Notes under the pieces: generated by a model
The model's input: the letters and a program-made list of their open reading frames with translations, nothing else
Database searches by the model: none
Told to the model about the DNA's origin: nothing
Assembly: GCA_007376445.1 (NCBI GenBank)
Contig: VMGF01000002.1
Location: 13,673-77,672 of the forward strand
Length of the DNA stretch: 64,000 nucleotides
Source of the DNA: Parcubacteria group bacterium Gr01-1014_3
GTDB taxonomy: Bacteria; Patescibacteriota; Minisyncoccia; UBA6257; WO2-44-18
Reading direction: 5' to 3'
Position numbers and translations under genes: made by a program
Shown here: positions 27,861 to 37,989 of the stretch, piece by piece
Layout of the letters: every line of letters starts with the position of its first letter
Numbering within the stretch: the stretch's first letter is position 1

Positions 27861-29714
27861 TTATAGTTTATAAATAAAGATCGAAGTTCCGGCTCGAGCA
27901 AAAGGTTCGTCCGGATTTAGCAGCCAACGATATTCATCTTCGGGTTTACGGGTTGATCCGTCGGTAAGTTCACCCTTGGATACCTGGAGAGTATTCGCGG
28001 AAAGAGCCAGCCATTGAATGCCCTGAACTCGTGGATTGCCGCGAGCTGACCACCAGTTTTCTGCAAGATCTCCAAGATAATATTTCGGGTCTCCGCCGCC
28101 GAAATAATCTACTGCGATCCGATCAATATCGTTTTCTGGATCATCATCGCGATTAACATTATCTATATAGGTAGCGAGACGGCGGAGATCCTGCCCCCAG
28201 TCATAGTTAGAATCCACCACATTTTTATAGCCATTAGTTAAACCGCCACCGGCAAAATTAAAATAGGATAGGTAGCTTGGAGTAGCCAAAATTACCGAGG
28301 TGGCATACCAAAGCAGGAGGACGACTAGAATGGTGGTTTTTAGAGAGAGGCTGAATAATTCTTTTGATACGATAATAATTTTTAAAACTAAATTGCTTCC
28401 ACGCGCCATATTCTCAGAGCTGAGCCAGCGCTTAATCACACCAGCGGTAAGAATGTAAATAAACGGCAGGGTAGGGAGAATGTGGCGGAAGCCGATATTT
28501 AAATTTCCAAGCATCGCGTAAGTCCAATAAATAACCACGAACGACCCCATCGCGAACTCGGTGAAGTGAGTAGTTAAATACTCTTTGATCTTTACTGACA
28601 AGCTACTGCCCGACTTGAAGGTGGAGCGCAGAAGATCCCAAAACGCCAAAGCTCCGGCTAAAATAATCAAAACGAGGGAAGCGATTGGTTCCTTCAAGAG
28701 AAAAACAACTGGGAAATAATACCAGTAAGCGCTACCTGTGGTGAGCGTAGCCGAACCAGTGGAGGTTTCGCCGAGGAAATAGAGCGTGTTTCCATTCATA
28801 GACCGCTCATAGGTCATAAAAAGGCCAAGCAAATAATGACCAATCGGCCGTAAAACCGGATTTTGAATGATCCAGGCGGGGAATGAACTTAAGATGTGTT
28901 GGGTGTCGGCTAACTGGCGATCTACCGGATAGTGGAGTGTGGTGATGAAATAAGCCACATAAACGACTAATAAGGCCACTAAAGCCAACAGAATCCCGAG
29001 TTTGAAGTACCGGCCACGATCTCCGCGCCAGGCTTCCACGCTGGTATAAACCAAGGCTAAAAATAAAAAATAAGGAATTAAAATAACTGCCGAGAATTTC
29101 ATCAATAACGCCAAACCCAAAACCAAACCGGCCAACGCGGCCATTTTTTTAGTTGGGTGAAATAAAAATCGCAGAAACATCGCGGTGGCCCCGACAATAC
29201 CAAGTGTCGCCCCGATGTCGGTGGTCACATAGTGACCATGCGAAAGTACCAGCGGTGATAACCCAAATAGAAAAGTTGGCAGTAAAGCCCACCAGCGGCC
29301 GATAATCTCCTTGGCCCAAAAATAAATTATTAAAATTAACAGAAGCGTAAGGAGGATCGGCCCAAGCCTAGCCCATAGCAATATCTGATCGGCGTTATTT
29401 CCGGACTTATATAAAAACTCATCACCCAGATTCCATTCATCGTTAGCGCCCTGATTCCAGGCTAAAGATTGGAGAGGAAAATTGATTGGCTGAAAGAGTA
29501 GGGGCGCCGCGGCCAACATTTTAACCAGCGGCGGGTGTTCTGGGTTTAGCCGGTAGTCTAAAAACTTAAGATAACTATAGCCAGCGGAAATATGGGCCAC
29601 CTCATCCACAATCGCGGAGTCACTGATAGCGGCGTTAAGCATTAATACGGCCGATACAATGACTATAACCATGACAATTGACCAGCGAGCAAGGGAAATG
29701 AGCCTATCAATCAT
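27861..29714 (-). CDS. GT39/ArnT-like polyprenyl-phosphate-dependent glycosyltransferase (PMT_2 family)
   Basis: DEVAHISAGYSYLKFLDYRLNPEHPPLVK motif. About 12 TM segments. C-terminal soluble domain. Confidence 0.75.
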   Translation of the reverse strand: MIDRLISLARWSIVMVIVIVSAVLMLNAAISDSAIVDEVAHISAGYSYLKFLDYRLNPEHPPLVKMLAAAPLLFQPINFPLQSLAWNQGANDEWNLGDEFLYKSGNNADQILLWARLGPILLTLLLILIIYFWAKEIIGRWWALLPTFLFGLSPLVLSHGHYVTTDIGATLGIVGATAMFLRFLFHPTKKMAALAGLVLGLALLMKFSAVILIPYFLFLALVYTSVEAWRGDRGRYFKLGILLALVALLVVYVAYFITTLHYPVDRQLADTQHILSSFPAWIIQNPVLRPIGHYLLGLFMTYERSMNGNTLYFLGETSTGSATLTTGSAYWYYFPVVFLLKEPIASLVLIILAGALAFWDLLRSTFKSGSSLSVKIKEYLTTHFTEFAMGSFVVIYWTYAMLGNLNIGFRHILPTLPFIYILTAGVIKRWLSSENMARGSNLVLKIIIVSKELFSLSLKTTILVVLLLWYATSVILATPSYLSYFNFAGGGLTNGYKNVVDSNYDWGQDLRRLATYIDNVNRDDDPENDIDRIAVDYFGGGDPKYYLGDLAENWWSARGNPRVQGIQWLALSANTLQVSKGELTDGSTRKPEDEYRWLLNPDEPFARAGTSIFIYKL

Positions 29715-29733
29715 ATAATCAAATTATACATCC

Positions 29734-30204
29734 TTGTCATCGTTATCGTCATTTGCATACCAGGTAGTGAAAACTCGAGTGATGCATGGTGGTCTTGCTC
29801 GAGTTTCTACTACCTGGCATAGTTTCCGTATAATGATGCGCTTTCCAAAGAATAGTCGGGAATACCACTGGACCAGCCACATCAAGGGCAAGATGGTTTT
29901 TTACCAGATCTCCGAGCAGAAAATTAAGACTATTTTAAAGTCTCCTAGCCGGAAAGAGATCGGCATCGCGCCGGAGACTTCGGCCTTTATGAAAAGAAAT
30001 GATACTCCAAAGCGAAAGCAAGAGATATGGGTGATGTTCGCGAACAATAAAAATTCCAAGCTGGAAAAAGTTAGCGCCAAAACTATTATGATCAGCGCTT
30101 GGCGGTATCCGGGCATTAGCAAGGCAGGCGATGCGATTCCTGTGCCGGAAGATATTTTGGCGGAATTAAGAGATCAGAATACTTGGCTTGGGCATCTGGA
30201 GTAA
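29734..30204 (+). CDS. hypothetical protein (start codon uncertain)
   Basis: The ORF spans hairpin R3. A downstream Met (MMRFPK… or MVFYQ…) is the more likely start. No domain recognised. Confidence 0.35.
   Translation: MSSLSSFAYQVVKTRVMHGGLARVSTTWHSFRIMMRFPKNSREYHWTSHIKGKMVFYQISEQKIKTILKSPSRKEIGIAPETSAFMKRNDTPKRKQEIWVMFANNKNSKLEKVSAKTIMISAWRYPGISKAGDAIPVPEDILAELRDQNTWLGHLE
29760..29817. repeat. conserved 20-bp-stem hairpin element, copy R3
   Basis: ccaggtagtgaaaactcgag…ctcgagtttctactacctgg. Both arm positions are substituted together relative to R1 and R2. Confidence 0.6.
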
Positions 30205-30245
30205 TCGCGAATATACAAATAAAAGATTTAATATTGCGAATAATA
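30198..30245. repeat. conserved 46-nt intergenic element, copy b
   Basis: ggagtaatcgcgaatatacaaataaaagatttaatattgcgaataata. Includes the stop codon of the upstream ORF. Confidence 0.6.
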
Positions 30246-30247
30246 AT

Positions 30248-30273
30248 AAAACCGCTCATTTCTGAGCGGTTTG
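30248..30273. terminator. bidirectional hairpin terminator
   Basis: aaaccgctcatttctgagcggttt lies between convergent genes, with T-runs on both strands. Confidence 0.6.
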
Positions 30274-30282
30274 TGTTAATTG

Positions 30283-32298
30283 TCACAGATCCTTTTGATT
30301 ATCCTTTGTTTGTTCGTATCCCTTTTTTATAGAGTCTTCCACATCTTTCTCGAACTTTTCTGATGCTAGATAGGCCTCTCGGTCGGATTTCGACTTCTCC
30401 AGTCCGAGCTGATCAACGAGCGAGATAATATCTTTCTTCAGCCAGTCGTCGTAGGTGTTTTTCAGCAGGTCTTCCGCGACCTTCCGAGCCTGGTCGTCAT
30501 TGTTGCGACCAATCTCCTTGAACCAGCCTGCGATCCGTAGACGAGCTTCGGCGCAGTAATAATCGGCGAGATGGATGAAGCGATGCTTGTTGGGATTCTG
30601 CTTCAGCGCGTCAACCATATTCAAATCGTTCGCGTAGAAGCAGGCAGCGGTCATGGCGTAAAGTTCGGTAGCGATATTCGCCAGCCGCATAAAGAGCAGC
30701 TGCTTGTGCGGAAGCTTCGCGCGGTATTTGGCCGAAGACCAGATGACGGTTTTGGCTAGCTTACGAGCCATGCCGTCCACATAATCGAGGTGTCGCTTTA
30801 GTGTTCTCGTGTGAATCTGTGTATCGGTCTTGCGGCGGAAGGTGAGTCGGAATAGATCCCAGCCGAAGCCAAGAGCCGCGCCAAACTTCTTAAGCCACTG
30901 TCCCTTTTCCAGGAACACTTCGCCGCGCTTCTTATATTCATCGATACCTTCACGGATGATCCACTGACTCAAAATTTCAGACGAGCCTTCGAATATCCGA
31001 TTCGGGCGGAAATTCCGGTGAATCGCTTCGGTCGGAATCGGCGGTTCCCCGCGATTCTCCAGCGACTTCGCCGTTTCATACCCGCGTCCGCCGCGCATCT
31101 GCATCAGGTCGTCCACGATCTTCCAACCGCGTTCAGAGGCGTACACCTTGCAGGCAGCCGCTTCCATCCGGGCGTCGAGCTTATGGTCCACGCGATAAGT
31201 CGCGTACCAGCACATCGCTTCCATCGCGAAGGAATTAGCGAGACCGGGAGCGAGCATACCACTTCCAACTGCTTCGTGCTTTCCGATCTGCTTGCCCCAC
31301 TGACGACGTTCATTGCCCCACCACTTGCCGATCAGCAAGCACTGGCGGGAGATCGCCGCGCAGGATCCGGCCACCGCGAGACGTCCTGTATTCAGGGCCT
31401 CCATCGCAATCTTAAATCCGAGACCTTCCTTTTCACCAACGAGCTGTTCCTTGGGAACGTGCACGTTATTGTAGGTGATCTCGCTATTGTACATACCGCG
31501 AAGTCCTTCGAACTGACAACGCTCCCACGAAAGGCCTTCGCTGTTAGTCGGGATAATGAAGGCGCTGAAACAGGGCTTGTAGCCTTTTTCGTGAATTTCT
31601 TCAGGTTTATCGACGGTTTTCACGATCAGGCAGATGAGAGGGGAGACGCACTCCGAATCATTCTTCGCGCCGTTGGTCATCCACCACTTCTTTCCGGTGA
31701 TATGATAGCCGGTCACAACGCCGGATTCATCCTTTATCCGTACCGCGACTGTCTCCATATTTGCCGGATCGGATCCGGCACCGGATTCTGTGAATGAAAA
31801 TCCGGAGGGTGAGCTCGCGACCTTCGGCAAATACTTTTTCTTCTGTTCGTCCGTGCCGTAACCCTTGAGCGGCCATCCAAGACCGATAGAGTTCGAGGCC
31901 GAAAGCAGGGCCACTAAGGCGCCACAATAACTGGCAGTCAGCGACATTAGGCGCATGTAATCGCTCTGCGAAAGATTCTTGCCGCCGTATTCGACGGGGA
32001 TCTTCAGGCCAAAAAAGCCCTCTTCACAAAGCCACTCCATCGCGCGATTGGAAATACGATCGGTATCTTCGACGTTCTGCGGGTCAACTTCGGTCATCAA
32101 GAAATGACGAAGCTTCGCCAGCATCTTCTCGCCTTCTCGCTTTTCATCCGCGGTTTCGAAATTCTGACAAGAAGCAAAAAGTTCAAAGTTCGCTCTGCCG
32201 CGGAAAAGATCCGCCATAAAACCATCGTGCCGCTTCTTATCGCGCTGCTCTTCAGCGATCATTACGCCCTGTCCGAGCTTGGACATGTCCATGGCCAT
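30283..32298 (-). CDS. acyl-CoA dehydrogenase, long form with C-terminal extension
   Basis: ACAD N-, middle and C-terminal domains. Active-site region GGRGYETAK…IFEGSSEIL. ~670 aa. Confidence 0.85.
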   Translation of the reverse strand: MAMDMSKLGQGVMIAEEQRDKKRHDGFMADLFRGRANFELFASCQNFETADEKREGEKMLAKLRHFLMTEVDPQNVEDTDRISNRAMEWLCEEGFFGLKIPVEYGGKNLSQSDYMRLMSLTASYCGALVALLSASNSIGLGWPLKGYGTDEQKKKYLPKVASSPSGFSFTESGAGSDPANMETVAVRIKDESGVVTGYHITGKKWWMTNGAKNDSECVSPLICLIVKTVDKPEEIHEKGYKPCFSAFIIPTNSEGLSWERCQFEGLRGMYNSEITYNNVHVPKEQLVGEKEGLGFKIAMEALNTGRLAVAGSCAAISRQCLLIGKWWGNERRQWGKQIGKHEAVGSGMLAPGLANSFAMEAMCWYATYRVDHKLDARMEAAACKVYASERGWKIVDDLMQMRGGRGYETAKSLENRGEPPIPTEAIHRNFRPNRIFEGSSEILSQWIIREGIDEYKKRGEVFLEKGQWLKKFGAALGFGWDLFRLTFRRKTDTQIHTRTLKRHLDYVDGMARKLAKTVIWSSAKYRAKLPHKQLLFMRLANIATELYAMTAACFYANDLNMVDALKQNPNKHRFIHLADYYCAEARLRIAGWFKEIGRNNDDQARKVAEDLLKNTYDDWLKKDIISLVDQLGLEKSKSDREAYLASEKFEKDVEDSIKKGYEQTKDNQKDL

Positions 32299-32436
32299 AG
32301 GCCATCTCCTTAAAAGAATTTGTTAAATAACCGAGTAAATTGTACAACAAAAATTTAACTTTGACAATATTCCGAAAGGGTTGCTTTTATGGCCATACGG
32401 TCATAAAAGCAACCGGGGGAAATAAACATAGAGAAT

Positions 32437-32468
32437 AAAAAAATCCTGTTAGGTTTTCTAACAGGATT
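32437..32468 (-). terminator. rho-independent terminator after the hydratase/dehydrogenase gene
   Basis: On the minus strand, aatcctgttagaaaacctaacaggatt is followed by TTTTTTT. Confidence 0.65.
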
Positions 32469-32503
32469 TATTGGCCACTAGTGGCTAGTCGCTAACTACT
32501 ATT

Positions 32504-34543
32504 TTAATGTTCAGCTCGGCCGATGACTCCTCGGCGATTGGGCATCATGCCACCACCGAGGATCAGGCTCAAGTCGATCATGTCAATTGATGCAATGCCA
32601 TTTTCATATATATCCATCGCCTCAAGCCACATCTTTGACAAAATAGTTTCTCTAATCGCGACTATTTCGCCGTGTAGTGAATGTTTCTTTTTTGGCATAA
32701 TATCGAGTCGCTTTGCGAATTCATAGTTAGGCTTCACGGGCTTGCCGTTCTTCCAAATATAGAATCCCTTGCCGGTCTTCGTTCCAAGCGTGGACTTATC
32801 ATCCGCGATCTTGAAGTCTTTCAGATCAGGCAAGCTCTTCGGATAAGCTGCCTGCATCATCTTCATTACATGAGCTCCCGTATCAAAGCCAATCAGGTCG
32901 AGGGTCTTAAACGGCCCCATCATCATGCCACACATCTCGAACGCCTGATCTAACATCCAAAGATTCGGTCTACTCGGCCAATAACTGACATTAAAGATGC
33001 TTTGCATCAGATACTGCGTCATCACGCGATTCACCAGAAGGCCGACGCATTCTTTATTCAGAACCACCGGCGTTTTGCCCATCGCTCGCGTCAGATTTAA
33101 AACCTTCGCGATAATTTCAGGATTCGTCTGCTTGATGCCGGCGATCTCTACCAGGTCCATTTTGTGGGCCGGATTGAAGAAGTGCATCGCGCAGAAATTT
33201 TCCGGATGCAATAACACCGACGCGATCTCGCTGGGAAGAAGCGAAGAGGTGTTGCTAACAAGTATCGCGCCAGGGCGAGTCAATTCTTCAAGCTTCGTGA
33301 ACAGTTTATGCTTTTCCGCCATATCTTCCACAATCGCTTCGATCACTATATCGCAACGACTCAGAAGGCTATGGAAAGTCTCGCCGTAACCGACCGTCAG
33401 CCGGTTGCGTGTTTCTTCTGCCACTCCCTTAATCATTTTTCCCTTCTTAACTTCACGCGCCAGCTCGTCTTCAATGAAGCGGACTGCTTTGTGAATCGAG
33501 GGGACATAGGTGTCGTGGAGATAAACTTGCTTGTTATGAGCGGTCAGCGCGGCATAAGCGATGGTGCTACCCATCACGCCCGCGCCGATAACTCCAACGA
33601 CATCCAGAGGATAAACCTTAGCCTCAAGTGGCGTCGCTTTCCTCGCGTCCTTACGGACAAAGAAAAGATCGATCAGATTTTTCGCTTCGGGGGTATTGGC
33701 CGCCTTGACGAAAAGATCGCTTTCCTCGTTCAGTCCCCGAGACAATGACTTAGAGCTAGCGCAAACCGCTTCAAGAGCAAGTAGCGGAGCAGGGTAAACG
33801 CCCTTCGTCGCTTTCAATGTCGCTTTGCGAGCCATTGAACAAACCAGCTTCTTTCCAAAAGGTAACCGTTCTAAGAATGAGACCTTACGCTTCACCGGAA
33901 GGAAAAAGTCCAGTATAACTGTTCCGAAATCGAGCTCTTCGATTGCTAATGCTTCCCATTTATCAACCAGAGAGTCGGCTAAGCCATACTGCTTCGCTTC
34001 CTTCGCCGAAAGCTTTTTGCCTCCGACGATCACCTTGATAGCATTTTGCATGCCAACGAGGCGCGGGAGAATTTGAGTTCCGCCAAAGCCAGGAATAATT
34101 CCCAGCTGGGTTTCAGGAAGTCCCAAACGAGTCTTCGGATGATCAATCACGAACCGGTAATGGCAAGCCATAGCCAGTTCCAAACCACCGCCCAGACACT
34201 CGCCAGCAATCAATGCGATGATCGGATAAGGAGCTTGCCGGATCTTCATCAGAATCTCATGCGCGCGATTTAGGAGTTGTTTGAGGTTAGAGGGATCATT
34301 AACGATCTCGCGTATCTCATCCACGTCCATACCGGCGCAAAAACTTTCAAACTTACTGGACCGGATAACCATTACTCTGGGATGATCCGTTAAGTTCACA
34401 TCCAGAACCTGATTTAGTTCCTCAAGAGCTTGCTTAGAAAGCGTATTTTGTTTTGCCTCCGGACCGCAATCAAGAGAAAGAATCCGTAGTCCTTCGCGTA
34501 TCGAAGTTCGGTATTGCCATTTCGTCAGCTTTAAGTCTTCCAT
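32504..34543 (-). CDS. fatty-acid oxidation alpha subunit: enoyl-CoA hydratase + 3-hydroxyacyl-CoA dehydrogenase (FadB/FadJ-like)
   Basis: Crotonase fold at the N-terminus. NAD-binding VIGAGVMGSTIAYA. 3HCDH C-terminal repeats. Confidence 0.9.
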   Translation of the reverse strand: MEDLKLTKWQYRTSIREGLRILSLDCGPEAKQNTLSKQALEELNQVLDVNLTDHPRVMVIRSSKFESFCAGMDVDEIREIVNDPSNLKQLLNRAHEILMKIRQAPYPIIALIAGECLGGGLELAMACHYRFVIDHPKTRLGLPETQLGIIPGFGGTQILPRLVGMQNAIKVIVGGKKLSAKEAKQYGLADSLVDKWEALAIEELDFGTVILDFFLPVKRKVSFLERLPFGKKLVCSMARKATLKATKGVYPAPLLALEAVCASSKSLSRGLNEESDLFVKAANTPEAKNLIDLFFVRKDARKATPLEAKVYPLDVVGVIGAGVMGSTIAYAALTAHNKQVYLHDTYVPSIHKAVRFIEDELAREVKKGKMIKGVAEETRNRLTVGYGETFHSLLSRCDIVIEAIVEDMAEKHKLFTKLEELTRPGAILVSNTSSLLPSEIASVLLHPENFCAMHFFNPAHKMDLVEIAGIKQTNPEIIAKVLNLTRAMGKTPVVLNKECVGLLVNRVMTQYLMQSIFNVSYWPSRPNLWMLDQAFEMCGMMMGPFKTLDLIGFDTGAHVMKMMQAAYPKSLPDLKDFKIADDKSTLGTKTGKGFYIWKNGKPVKPNYEFAKRLDIMPKKKHSLHGEIVAIRETILSKMWLEAMDIYENGIASIDMIDLSLILGGGMMPNRRGVIGRAEH

Positions 34544-35813
34544 TACTCACCCCTTTCCAGGCAAGCGGCGACACCCTGGCCGCCGCCAACACAAAGAGTA
34601 ACCAATCCGCTCGTCGCGCCGGTAAGCTCAAGTTCCTTGGCGCAGGTAAGCACCAGGCGAGCGCCACTCGCGGAAATCGGATGGCCAAGCGCGATCGCGC
34701 CGCCGTTCCGGTTAACTTTTTCCGGCGAAAGCCGGCCGAAGTTATCCTTAACCAATTCAAATTCTTTCTGCTGGGCCAAAACGACCGCGGCAAAAGCTTC
34801 GTTGGTCTCGATCACATCAATATCGTCGAGAGTGCTCCAGTCATGGCTAAAGATTTGCTTGATAGCCTGAACCGGGCCAAGGCCCATTCTTTCGGGCACA
34901 CATCCACCAATCGAAGAAAATCTTGAGTACATAGTCGCCAGGAGCGGCCAGCCATTTTTCTTGGCCAGCTCTTCGTTAACCACCATCAGCGCGACCGCGC
35001 CGTCCGTGATCTGAGAAGAATTTCCTGGCGTAACTGTGCCGCCCTTGTGGAGAGGTCGCAGTTTACTAAGAGCCGACAGATTCTGGTCGAAACGAATTCC
35101 GTTGTCCTGATCGATACCGCGGAACGGTACGATCTCGTGCTTCAGACGGCCGGAAAGCGTTGCCGCCTTCGCGCGCCGCTGAGATTCGAGAGCGAACAAG
35201 TCCTGCTCTTCGCGAGAAATCTTGTACTCCTCGGCAATCTGATCCGCGATCTCGTCCATACCCAGTTTACAAACCGGATCGGTCAGACCGATCTTGATCG
35301 ACCACTCCGGCTTATGCGGCATCATTTTCATTTTTGTCCACTCCTTCATTAAAGAAGGAAGGCGGCGCCACATCGGCGCCTTCTTGCGCGAAACCTCGTA
35401 AAGTTTCGCGAATTGGGCTCGCTGTTGGCGATTGTAGACCGCGACGTAGTCCGACATCACTTCTGATGCCACCACTAGGATGCATTTGTACAAACCAAGC
35501 TCAACATTCTTTACCGCGTCGAGCACGGCGTGAAGCCCGCTCCCGCAGTTAATGTTAACCGTCCAGGCCGGAATTCTTGGGTCGAGTCCTGCCTTGAGCA
35601 AGATCACTCGCGCCAGATTCGAGCCGTCCGGGTGAAGCACCTGATTGCCAATATTGGCGCCAACCACGCAATCACAAGATTCCTTCAGCTTCGGATAACG
35701 CTTAAAAAGCTCGCCAACCGGCGTCAAAGCCATCTCGCTCGCGGAAAGATCAGGAATTGTTCCCGCCTTCAAAAACGGCGTCCGCACTCCATCAACGATC
35801 ACTGCCTTGTTCA
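34543..35813 (-). CDS. acetyl-CoA C-acyltransferase (thiolase, FadA-like)
   Basis: GTG start at complement 35811-35813 after AAGGAG (MNKAVIVDGVRTPF). Active-site Cys context NINCGSGL. C-terminal GGGQGVA. TAATG overlap with the next gene. Confidence 0.85.
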
Positions 35814-35935
35814 CAAGGCGTCTCCTTAAATAGGTTTTTAAAATGTTAAAAAACCAGATAAATAGTACTAAAAATAACCCCTTTTGGCAAACCGGGAAAA
35901 TAGTGATATATTGTACTCGGTTCTTTAAGAGGTGA

Positions 35936-36427
35936 ATGATGACCGACCCAAAGCTTCGTGAGCTTGAGAAGAAGGTTAATGAACGCAAGAAGCTCGTTGA
36001 ACGGATCATGGTTTTTGTGGAAAAAGTCCTTGTAAAGCATGGCAAGGAGACATACCGCTATGAGGGGTCTTGCCATACCAACACGAAATACGAATTAAAA
36101 GCAGGGAAGTTTTTACTAAAGGGTAGTTTTGGCCAAACCCAAATGGGAGGTAATAATGTTTACATTCTTTATAAAGATAAAGAGGTTTTCCAGGTTTACT
36201 ATCAAGCCAACCTGGATGAATGTCGGGTTGATGTTTTTGAAAATGGAGCTTGGTTACCAGCCTTCCAGAAGTTGATGCATAATTTCAAAGAGGTGATTGC
36301 GAGAGTTAATAAGAAACAGAAAGACAGCGCCAGTAAATTAGAAAATAAATCGTTGATTGAAGAAAAGCGCAAGCAACTTCTAATCAAAGCTAAGCGACTT
36401 GGCTTGCCTACCGACGGGCAAGCCTGA
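35936..36427 (+). CDS. hypothetical protein
   Basis: RBS GAGGTG. Own terminator at 36427-36452. No domain recognised. Confidence 0.4.
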   Translation: MMTDPKLRELEKKVNERKKLVERIMVFVEKVLVKHGKETYRYEGSCHTNTKYELKAGKFLLKGSFGQTQMGGNNVYILYKDKEVFQVYYQANLDECRVDVFENGAWLPAFQKLMHNFKEVIARVNKKQKDSASKLENKSLIEEKRKQLLIKAKRLGLPTDGQA

Positions 36428-36499
36428 CCGCGGAATAATCCGCGGTTTTTTTATTTCAAAAATAAAACCGCCTACAAAAAGTAGGCGGTTAATTTTTTT
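36427..36499. terminator. pair of hairpin terminators (gaccgcggaataatccgcggtttttt and aaccgcctacaaaaagtaggcggtt) between convergent genes
   Basis: Two GC stems, each followed by T-runs; the second has T-runs on both strands. Confidence 0.65.
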
Positions 36500-36833
36500 A
36501 TTCCTTAATTCCGAAAAGTGTTTTAAATTCTTCTTCCGTTAAACCAAGCTTCTGCAGAATTTCTTTCTTCTTCCTTTTTATTTCAGCCGCTTTCTGCTCG
36601 GCGACAAGCTTCGCCTTGGCATCATCAGCCTCCGCTTTTTCCTTGGTCTTCTTATTTTCCTTATATTCGTCCCACCACTTCTTCAACCCCGGAGAAAACA
36701 GCTTTTCAAGTTTAAGTAATTCCAATTGTTCACAGAGAGGCGCTAGCAGATCATGATATTCCTTAGACAACTCCCGACACGCTTGGCCGACCGCGCGCCG
36801 CTCATTGCTTTCCCGACTAACACCGAAAGCCAT
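36498..36833 (-). CDS. hypothetical protein, Lys/Glu-rich C-terminal half
   Basis: Preceded by a gccgaaaggc hairpin plus AAGGAG leader. No domain recognised. Confidence 0.4.
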   Translation of the reverse strand: MAFGVSRESNERRAVGQACRELSKEYHDLLAPLCEQLELLKLEKLFSPGLKKWWDEYKENKKTKEKAEADDAKAKLVAEQKAAEIKRKKKEILQKLGLTEEEFKTLFGIKE

Positions 36834-36861
36834 ACCTGCTCCTTTCTGCCTTTCGGCTCAG

Positions 36862-37613
36862 TTAAGAACTAAACTCCGATTTGATGTAGTTTTCGAGAGT
36901 GGTCAAATCAAAGCTCGCGATTAATCTACATTCCTTACCATCCCAGCCGATAACTAAGGGGTCTATATTTAGACGACCCTCTTCCCAGGCGGCTTCTGTG
37001 ACGACAAAAACTTTATGCACATGCCATTTAGTATGTCCATTCGTTGTACACTCAGTAAAATCAAGTTGTTTAAATTCTTCTCTCGCAGTAAGAATTTTTT
37101 CACGAATTTCATATGGAATAAGCCCCTTGAATTCCATTGCCAAGTTCAATCCTCTACTTTTAGAGGGTACTATTTGAACTAAACCATCCAACATAGCCTC
37201 GCGGATAGCGTATGGCAGTCCCATGGGATATCTGATATAACTACTATTCTCTATTTGGCATACTGCTTCATAGTCATGTTCGGCGAATGGATCAAAAATC
37301 GCCAAACTTGGGAATCCCTTTTTATTTCTCCACTTAAAAACATGCGTGGAAAGCTTAGTGGGATACTTGAGTGAAATCTTTTGTTTAATTAGCTTCGGCA
37401 GGCGATTATCTATGGATTCAATACTCTTTCTGATTTTTGTTTTAGCGTGGAATTCAATTGCTAATAGCTGGTCGAGCTTCCTCTCTAAAAATTGCTTTTC
37501 TTTTATCAACTTATCGATTTCATCAATAACTTCTTCTAACTTCTCTTTCTGACTAACTTCTTTTGAGCAATACTTCAATGCCTCTTTAATAGGATTAGTA
37601 GTAATTTCGGTCA
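36862..37613 (-). CDS. hypothetical protein (~250 aa), N-terminal coiled coil
   Basis: Start trimmed to ATG at complement 37611-37613 after a gccgaaaggcagaagggagc leader (MTEITTNPIKE…). Confidence 0.4.
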
Positions 37614-37917
37614 TCGCTAGCTCCCTTCTGCCTTTCGGCATGTAAATGAACTTGCAATAAAATACCATTTTATATGGATTACGTCAATTCAAAGAAAACG
37701 CCCATCTCCACAAGGGGACAGGCGTTTTCTAAGAATAAAATATTCACAACGAGAAATTATCTGTCCCTAATGGGTTGGATTTAGCACCTTACGGTAAAGC
37801 AGGTTGCTGGAGCTTCATAGGGCCAAGACCCTCGGCTCACTCTTGATAATATTTCGTTGTCAAAGTTCAAGTGCTTATTACAACCGCTATCCTATCAGAT
37901 TGGTTTCCTTAGGTCAA

Positions 37918-37945
37918 TTGACAAACTTAGTTTATATGATATAAT
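37918..37945 (+). promoter_or_regulatory. near-consensus sigma70-type promoter (TTGACA-N16-TATAAT)
   Basis: ttgacaaacttagtttatatgatataat lies 45 nt upstream of the ATG at 37990. Confidence 0.5.
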
Positions 37946-37989
37946 ACACGGAGTTCAAAAAAAGAATCCAAAACACAGGAGGTGACGCG

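Noticed and set aside
29734-29835. N-terminal 34 codons of the 29734-30204 ORF
   Set aside because: This region is occupied by the conserved hairpin R3 and the divergent promoter region. A downstream start is more plausible.
32378-32415. Hairpin ggttgcttttatggccatacggtcataaaagcaacc upstream of the ACAD gene as a possible riboswitch
   Set aside because: It is too short and simple. It is more plausibly a second terminator or attenuator hairpin between the fadB terminator and the ACAD promoter.
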